Assembly: GCA_963840035.1 (NCBI GenBank)
Contig: CAWIXE010000002.1
Coordinates: 704,001 to 768,000, forward strand
DNA: 64,000 nucleotides
From: a candidate division FCPU426 bacterium
Lineage (GTDB): Bacteria; Oederibacteriota; PGYV01; Palsa-1178
Reading direction: 5' to 3'
In this document: in pieces, positions 58,701-64,000 of the stretch
Numbering within the stretch: position 1 is the first letter of the stretch
Layout: each line of letters starts with the position of its first letter
Translations under genes and position numbers: made by a program
The notes under the pieces: generated by a model
What the model saw: the letters and a program-made list of their open reading frames with translations, nothing else
Database searches by the model: none
Told to the model about the DNA's origin: nothing

Positions 58701-59146
58701 CTCAACAGATACCCACCGGCACAAATACGCCGCAGCCGACTTTTACACAGACGCCTGTGCCTACCGCGACCAAGACAGCCACGCTTCAGCCGACAATGAC
58801 CCGTACTCCGGCTGCAACAGCGACTATTACCGCGACAGCCACCTGCGCGTGCACGCCGGCGGCAACACCCGCGGGGATTTATCCAAACCCGCTGAACCCT
58901 GAGAAATCAGACCTTTATATTTTGTTGAATATAGATAAACCCGGAAAGACGACGCTTAAGATTTATACTGACGGCTACAGGCTTGTGCGTATATTAGAAC
59001 TTGGCGACCTGCCTGAGGGCGTTTACTCAGGCATAATAGGAAGGGTTTATTTTAAGGCGCTGGCAAACGGAATATATTATTACACTGTGCAGAATGAAAA
59101 ATCGCGGGATAAGATAAAACCCGGAAAATTGATGATTATCAGATGA
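55730..59146 (+). CDS. GH44 endoglucanase + CBM11/CIA30-like module + Thr/Pro stalk + YPNP-type C-terminal domain
   Basis: Signal peptide, RQGGNR..YNWE.NASNAG, LDNEP.LW..TH, DVHWYP, VTEY; DDCEDG...IDDIRL module; IYPNP. Confidence 0.9.
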   Translation: MRIKAAVFFEILLLILLYNLAHSATITIDVTQERAAISPHIYGCNIAGDADNSAELNLAGDINWSARRQGGNRYSAYNWEINASNAGVDYGPNSSDPYLCQAYGVTACDTPGEVLTRFHNQCLARGQSDLVTVQLAGFAAADKIWNNNVTSPGVTDSTSDRFKTVISKKPSGVFALNPDTSDEYVYMDEYVNWMVNKFGGALSPTGVKMISLDNEPTLWKSTHPMVHPAPVTYLELKDESIALAKAIKDVDPNVEIFGPADFGWSGFVNLNSAVDSAAQGSGYTGTFNFLAYYLDKFRAASATYGKRLLDVLDVHWYPEDMGNSCRIVYSGCADPSTSSDARMQAPRSLWDPTYNTTAWIPNPEQMLVKVQSVIDAYYAGTKIAVTEYDFGGGAIYSGGIAQADALGVFGKFGVYAAYWWDLQDTTANPYTLAGVKLYRNYDGAKSTYGDTKVKANTSDVANVTVYASQFASDNSKLHVILINKNASAQAANITIAGPYQFDSARVWGFDSASSNITERAQIPSITGNAFTYNIPPYTAIHMVLSSSMLTPTYTPTINLSNTRTATPTNTPLITSFLLDDCEDGNGKNNWNGDWYNYVSNTCTIIPASFSMTAGGMPGSSNYCASMGGNIVSGGYAGTGTNLAAGSNVPVDLTGYTGVEFYVKGSGSYWFQLTQPAGDPYGKGFTATSTWTKVTVNFASDLTLRYGSGTLTLNSIIAFQWANNATGALDVQIDDIRLLMAGAPSSTNTPNTTPTYTQTATNTATRTVSTTPTGTRTPTQTQTMTPTASVSGTPSQTKTVTATQTPSLTETPDVPGSTNTQTSTFTSTRTSTNTKTSTPTNTFTNTGTSTPDISSTATPTATDYAGSPTDTPTITQTPTDTVFISPTDTPVNTITDTPTPANTATGTWTPAPSATFTPSRTVSVTPTAVLSATNTPAFTATFTPTDTAQVSGTYTATAEGTATYTETAAQPTNTASPEDTGTSTPLPSATNTQQIPTGTNTPQPTFTQTPVPTATKTATLQPTMTRTPAATATITATATCACTPAATPAGIYPNPLNPEKSDLYILLNIDKPGKTTLKIYTDGYRLVRILELGDLPEGVYSGIIGRVYFKALANGIYYYTVQNEKSRDKIKPGKLMIIR

Positions 59147-62100
59147 AATCCATTACATCAGGCAAATCAATACTATTGTTTTTACTTTTGTTTTTTTCGG
59201 CATCCACGGTTACGGCCGCCTATAACTGGAAGTCTGTTATAGTGGGAGGAGGCGGGTTTGTCACTGGCATAATTCATCATCCGTCAGAGGCTGGCCTGAC
59301 ATACGCCAGGACCGATATGGGCGGTGCTTACAGATGGAATACAAGCCTTAATCAATGGGATGCAATAACCGATTTCCTTGACCGGACAAACACAGACTAC
59401 ATGGGAATTTTATCAATAGCCTTGGATCCAAGCAACACTGATAAGGTATATATGATGTGCGGAAAATATACCGCGTCATGGGCCGGCGCCGGCGCCATAC
59501 TTGTATCGAACGACAGGGGGACGACATGGGCCATAAACAAACTCGATGCATACGCGGTCAAAGTTGGCGGCAATGAAGACGGCAGGGGGGCGGGCGAGAG
59601 GCTTGCGGTTGACCCTAATAAGGGAAATATACTGTTTATGGGAACTACCAGGAACTGTCTCTGGAAAAGCATTGATAGCGGGGTTACCTGGGCGCGCGTG
59701 ACATCATTTGCCCCTAACGCCGTGACGCATACAACCGTTAATTTTGTCCTGTTTGACCCGACAACGGGCACGGCGGGAAATCCAACCAATAATATATATG
59801 TGAGCATAACCAATACTACAAATCCCGGAACGCTTCAGACCCTATACCGGTCAACTGATGCCGGAGCTACATGGAACCCTGTAGCAGGACAACCAGCGGG
59901 ACAGTGCCCTGTAAGGGCGGACATTTCAGGCAATAATATGTTTTTCGCGTACGCTAACCAGACCGGGCCCAATAACGCCGGGGCCGGGGCCGTATGGAGG
60001 TATAATAAATCAACCGGCGTATGGACCAATCTGAACGCCCCTGCAGGGCAGGGTGGATTCGGGGGAGTAAGCGTTGACGCGAACAATCCGAACCATATTT
60101 TAATATCAACCTTTGACCGCTGGTGGCCGTTCGACGAGGTATTTCGCACTACAAACGGAGGCACCACATGGACGCCTCTTTTGGCAACCGCTGTTTTTGA
60201 TTATTCATACGCCCCATGGTCGGCATCACGAAAACCTCACTGGATGCAGGACATTAAGATTGACCCTTTTGATTCAAATAAGGCTATGTTTGTCACCGGT
60301 TACGGTATCTGGGCCTGCGATAATTTAAGCGCGTCACCCACAACATGGTATTTTAAAAATAAGGTTCTTGAGGAAACCGTTCCGCTTGATATGATAAGCC
60401 CTCCGGCAGGCGGGCCGCTTTTGAGCGCCATGGGGGACCAGGGCGGATTTGTCCACAATACGCTTGATTCATCACCTGCGGCCGGTTTTTATTCTGATAA
60501 TGTTGGCACTACTCTTGGAATCGATTTTGCGGAAGCCGTACCCGCAAAAATAGTCAAAGCGGATGACAGCGGCGCCACGAAATATGGCGCGTATTCCGTG
60601 AACGGCGGTGTAAACTGGACTGCTTTTGGGTCGAATCCGGCCGGCGCGAACAGAGGCGGTTCAAAATCAATTGCAGTATCGCCGGACGGCGTAAATATAA
60701 TTTGGATGGCTTCCGGCGCGTATTTGTCATATTCAACCAATAACGGGACAAACTGGACGACATGCGCAGGAGGGCCCCCGCAGGACCGTTATATTATTTC
60801 TGACAGGGTGAATTCTAATAAGTTCTATTATTATGACGCTGTGGCGGGGACTTTATGGGTGTCTGTGAACAAAGGACAGACATTCGCCGCAGCTGCTTCC
60901 GGGCTTCCTGTACTTCCGGGCTGGGGTTACGGGGACGGCACCATAGCTTCGCCTTTTGGCATTGAAGGGCATGTATGGATTACAACCGGCGCCGGAGGAC
61001 TATACAGGTCCACTGACAGCGGCGCGACTGCGGCAAAAGTCGGCACTGTCACCGAAGCTTACCGGATAGGATTTGGAAAGGCTGCAACCGGCTGGACTTA
61101 TCCGGCCATATATCTGCACGGAATTGTCGGAGGCGTGCTCGGAATATTCCGTTCTGATGACACTGCGGCTACATGGACCAGGATAAACACGAACGCAAAC
61201 CAGTACGGCGGCATACATACTGTAATAGGCGACCCGAACATATATGGCCGCTGCTATGTATCCGCTGAAGGACGCGGCGCGTTTTACGGGGAACCGGCAT
61301 TGGGTAATTCCCCGACATCCACGCCGACGAAAACACTGACTCGTACCGCGACACGTACTTCCACCGCGACAGGCACCGTTTCATCCAGCCAGACAGCGAC
61401 TTTTACCAAAACACACACACCCACCCTGACACAGACAAAATCCATGACAGCCACATATACATTCACTCAGTCCGTTACCGGGACGGCAACAAAAACACCA
61501 TCGCCTTCATTCACGGCTACGCGGACAGCTTCAGTGACATCAACCTGCACCAATACGCCGCTGGACTCAAGCACCGCGACAGCCAGCTTTACACCCACAT
61601 TATCCGTAACATACACAGCGACACGCACGGCCACCATTACCAAATCCTCCACGGCAACCGTGAGCGGCACAATCACTGGAACATTTACCATTACAACCAC
61701 AAACACACCGGGCAGCACGCCGACATTTACCGAAACCCCTTCAAAAACGCAGTCACAAACACCTTCTGTTTCTGCTACTATTTCAAGCACACCTACAGGC
61801 ACCGCGAGCATTACCGCTTCCTATACGGCCACGCCTGTTTCAACTGCCACGATAACCCTTACAGCTACATGCACAAAGACCGCGTCCCCGTCATTCACAG
61901 AAACTGAATTTGTAACTTTTACACAGACGCCTTCAGAGACTGATTATGCCGGCAGCCCCACATTTACCTGCACGGCCACTGAAACATCATCTACGACATG
62001 TACTTATACCTCTACAATGTCCTGTACGCTTACTAAAACAGCGGTTAATACATTTACCGCGACAAGGACTCAGTCTTATACGGCAACACGCACGGCCACC

Positions 62101-62496
62101 AGAACGGTTACCGGGACGCCCACACCGCAGCCCTCACAGTCCTTTACGCCTACAATAACGCCGACTGACGCCGTGCCTGCGGCGAAAGAACCAGTAACCG
62201 TGGAACTGGTCTGGCCAAACCCTGTAAACCCGGACATTTCAGGCCTTAATATCAGGTTGCTGCTCAGGGCCTGGTCAAAAGAAGTTACTTGTTCCATTTA
62301 CACAGTAAATTACAGGCTCGTCAGGCAGATTAGCTGGGGCAGCCTGCCAGGGGGAATATGCCTGCAGACAATATCTCATGACAATCTTAAGGGCATGTCG
62401 AACGGAATTTACTATTTCGTCGTAAAAAGCACAGGCTCAAACACCGGCAGCTCCAAAATCGGCCAGTTTGTGCTTATCGGGAAAGGAAATAAATAA
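59143..62496 (+). CDS. GH74 xyloglucanase + Thr/Pro stalk + WPNP-type C-terminal domain
   Basis: GGGGFVTG, YARTDMGGAY and SAMGDQGGF catalytic Asp motifs, GERLAVDPN, BNR repeats. Confidence 0.92.
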   Translation: MKSITSGKSILLFLLLFFSASTVTAAYNWKSVIVGGGGFVTGIIHHPSEAGLTYARTDMGGAYRWNTSLNQWDAITDFLDRTNTDYMGILSIALDPSNTDKVYMMCGKYTASWAGAGAILVSNDRGTTWAINKLDAYAVKVGGNEDGRGAGERLAVDPNKGNILFMGTTRNCLWKSIDSGVTWARVTSFAPNAVTHTTVNFVLFDPTTGTAGNPTNNIYVSITNTTNPGTLQTLYRSTDAGATWNPVAGQPAGQCPVRADISGNNMFFAYANQTGPNNAGAGAVWRYNKSTGVWTNLNAPAGQGGFGGVSVDANNPNHILISTFDRWWPFDEVFRTTNGGTTWTPLLATAVFDYSYAPWSASRKPHWMQDIKIDPFDSNKAMFVTGYGIWACDNLSASPTTWYFKNKVLEETVPLDMISPPAGGPLLSAMGDQGGFVHNTLDSSPAAGFYSDNVGTTLGIDFAEAVPAKIVKADDSGATKYGAYSVNGGVNWTAFGSNPAGANRGGSKSIAVSPDGVNIIWMASGAYLSYSTNNGTNWTTCAGGPPQDRYIISDRVNSNKFYYYDAVAGTLWVSVNKGQTFAAAASGLPVLPGWGYGDGTIASPFGIEGHVWITTGAGGLYRSTDSGATAAKVGTVTEAYRIGFGKAATGWTYPAIYLHGIVGGVLGIFRSDDTAATWTRINTNANQYGGIHTVIGDPNIYGRCYVSAEGRGAFYGEPALGNSPTSTPTKTLTRTATRTSTATGTVSSSQTATFTKTHTPTLTQTKSMTATYTFTQSVTGTATKTPSPSFTATRTASVTSTCTNTPLDSSTATASFTPTLSVTYTATRTATITKSSTATVSGTITGTFTITTTNTPGSTPTFTETPSKTQSQTPSVSATISSTPTGTASITASYTATPVSTATITLTATCTKTASPSFTETEFVTFTQTPSETDYAGSPTFTCTATETSSTTCTYTSTMSCTLTKTAVNTFTATRTQSYTATRTATRTVTGTPTPQPSQSFTPTITPTDAVPAAKEPVTVELVWPNPVNPDISGLNIRLLLRAWSKEVTCSIYTVNYRLVRQISWGSLPGGICLQTISHDNLKGMSNGIYYFVVKSTGSNTGSSKIGQFVLIGKGNK

Positions 62497-63854
62497 TGGC
62501 TGAAATTATTTTTCCGGAGGGCTTTTTATGGGGTACGGGCACTTCAGCCTACCAGATAGAGGGCGCGTGGAACAGGGACGGCAAAGGCCCGTCCATATGG
62601 GATGAATACACACACATACCCGGAAACATAAAGAATAACGACACAGGGGATACGGCCTGCGACCATTACTACAGGTTTAAGGAAGACGTGGCCATCATGA
62701 AGGAACTCGGCCTGACCAGCTACAGATTTTCATTATCATGGCCGAGGATTTTTCCGGAGGGACGCGGTACAGTCAATAAAAAAGGGGTGAGGTTTTACGA
62801 CGACCTTATTAATGAACTGCTAGCCAACGGCATAGAGCCATTTGTCACGCTTTACCACTGGGATATGCCTTCAGCATTAATGGATAAGGGCGGCATGGAA
62901 GACAGGGAATTCATAAAAATTTTTGCCGACTATGCTGATTTTGCTTTTGAGCATTTCGGGGACAGGGTTAAAAAGTGGATTACATTCAATGAACCGTGGG
63001 TGGTCACATATATATCCCTGGCAAAAGGGTTCATGCCGCCAAAGGCAAGGTCCATTGACCGCGCTTTAAAGGCGACACACATCCTTAATTTATCGCACGC
63101 CGCGGCGGTTAAAAGGTTCAGGTACAGGAATATTAAAGGCGGCATAATAGGCGCGGCTCACTGCGCGTTTCATTTTTATCCCAATACTGATACAAGGACA
63201 AATCATGAAGCGGCCGCGCTGGCTGACGGCTATATGAACAGGATATTCTGGGAACCCGGCCTTATAGGCTCCTATCCCGCTGAAATGATATCGTACTTTG
63301 ACACAGTCCACAAAGCGGAGTTTGGCATTGATAAAGGGGATATGGACCTTATTAAGAACAATACTTCTGATTTTATGGGGGCGAATTATTATTTCAGGCT
63401 TATGGTAAAAGACCCGGGGAAAAAGAGCGATTTCAGGGAGACAAGCCACGTTTACATGGGCGGCAATGAAGAGCACAGGACAGACATAGGCTGGGAAGTA
63501 TACCCCGAAGGCCTTTATGACTTATTAAAACGCCTTGAAAGGGATTATAAAAAGGACGTATATATAACTGAGAACGGTATTGCGTGCAAAGATTCAGCCC
63601 GTGAGAACGGGATGATACAGGATGATGACAGAATTGAATATGTAAGAAAACACTTGGAATCCTGCAACAGGGCAATTAAAGAAGGGGTAAAACTAAAAGG
63701 GTATTACCTGTGGTCGCTGATGGATAATTTTGAGTGGTCGCACGGCTATTCAAAAAAATTCGGCATAGTAAGCGTGGAACCCGGCAATCTTAAGAGGCAT
63801 CTAAAAAAGAGCGCGTTGTGGTACAGGGAAGTGATAAGGGATAACGGCTTTTAG
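62496..63854 (+). CDS. bglA: GH1 beta-glucosidase (cytoplasmic)
   Basis: FLWG..TSAYQIEG, TLYHWD, TFNEP, ITENG, DNFEW. Confidence 0.95.
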   Translation: MAEIIFPEGFLWGTGTSAYQIEGAWNRDGKGPSIWDEYTHIPGNIKNNDTGDTACDHYYRFKEDVAIMKELGLTSYRFSLSWPRIFPEGRGTVNKKGVRFYDDLINELLANGIEPFVTLYHWDMPSALMDKGGMEDREFIKIFADYADFAFEHFGDRVKKWITFNEPWVVTYISLAKGFMPPKARSIDRALKATHILNLSHAAAVKRFRYRNIKGGIIGAAHCAFHFYPNTDTRTNHEAAALADGYMNRIFWEPGLIGSYPAEMISYFDTVHKAEFGIDKGDMDLIKNNTSDFMGANYYFRLMVKDPGKKSDFRETSHVYMGGNEEHRTDIGWEVYPEGLYDLLKRLERDYKKDVYITENGIACKDSARENGMIQDDDRIEYVRKHLESCNRAIKEGVKLKGYYLWSLMDNFEWSHGYSKKFGIVSVEPGNLKRHLKKSALWYREVIRDNGF

Positions 63855-63927
63855 AAGTTTATAATTGAAAATTCAGAATTTAGAATTCGGAATCCGTTTG
63901 TTGATTAACATTTGATTAACAAAACCG

Positions 63928-63956
63928 TTGATTTATTAATGCGGCGGATGTATAAT
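63928..63956 (+). promoter_or_regulatory. Sigma70-type promoter of the next gene
   Basis: TTGATT-17bp-TATAAT. Confidence 0.65.
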
Positions 63957-63980
63957 AATTATTGTAAACAGGAGGCTGAC

Positions 63981-64000
63981 TTGGAAAAACACGCGACATT
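63981..64000 (+). CDS. 5' end of a gene truncated by the window edge (MEKHAT...)
   Basis: AGGAGG RBS followed by TTG. Confidence 0.5.

Noticed and set aside
57883..61811. Val/Gly-rich antisense ORFs and apparent DNA repeats in GH44/GH74
   Set aside because: They mirror ACN Thr codons of the stalks; no exact DNA tandem unit

Overview
Chromosomal window from an anaerobic, diderm, fermentative and probably cellulolytic bacterium. The Thr/Pro-stalked glycoside hydrolases with YPNP-type C-terminal domains suggest a Goldbacteria-like candidate lineage, but this is inference only. Main gene blocks: a complete N-type ATPase operon (atpDCQRBEFAG); a lipoprotein with two tandem two-CW proteins; a leaderless Xre gene with an eroded downstream partner; a PorV-like barrel; a tetrameric group A3 [FeFe]-hydrogenase with a Rex-type operator, followed by aspA-hydF-hydE; an accessory block of secreted proteins; TM1266-hydG behind a highly structured, terminator-containing leader (riboswitch candidate); an Omp85 barrel; an MFS transporter; a CHASE/multi-PAS kinase with two receivers; a CoA-activase; a split methionine synthase; and a LacI-GH44-GH74-GH1 polysaccharide locus. 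Intergenic DNA carries three kinds of small repeat: several GTAG-type REP/REPIN families, many 7-bp-period arrays, and a 199-bp IS256-like MITE with a 9-bp target duplication. Two small genes missing from the ORF track were found. I saw no rRNA, tRNA, CRISPR array or transposase. All family calls come from motif recognition, not from database searches.
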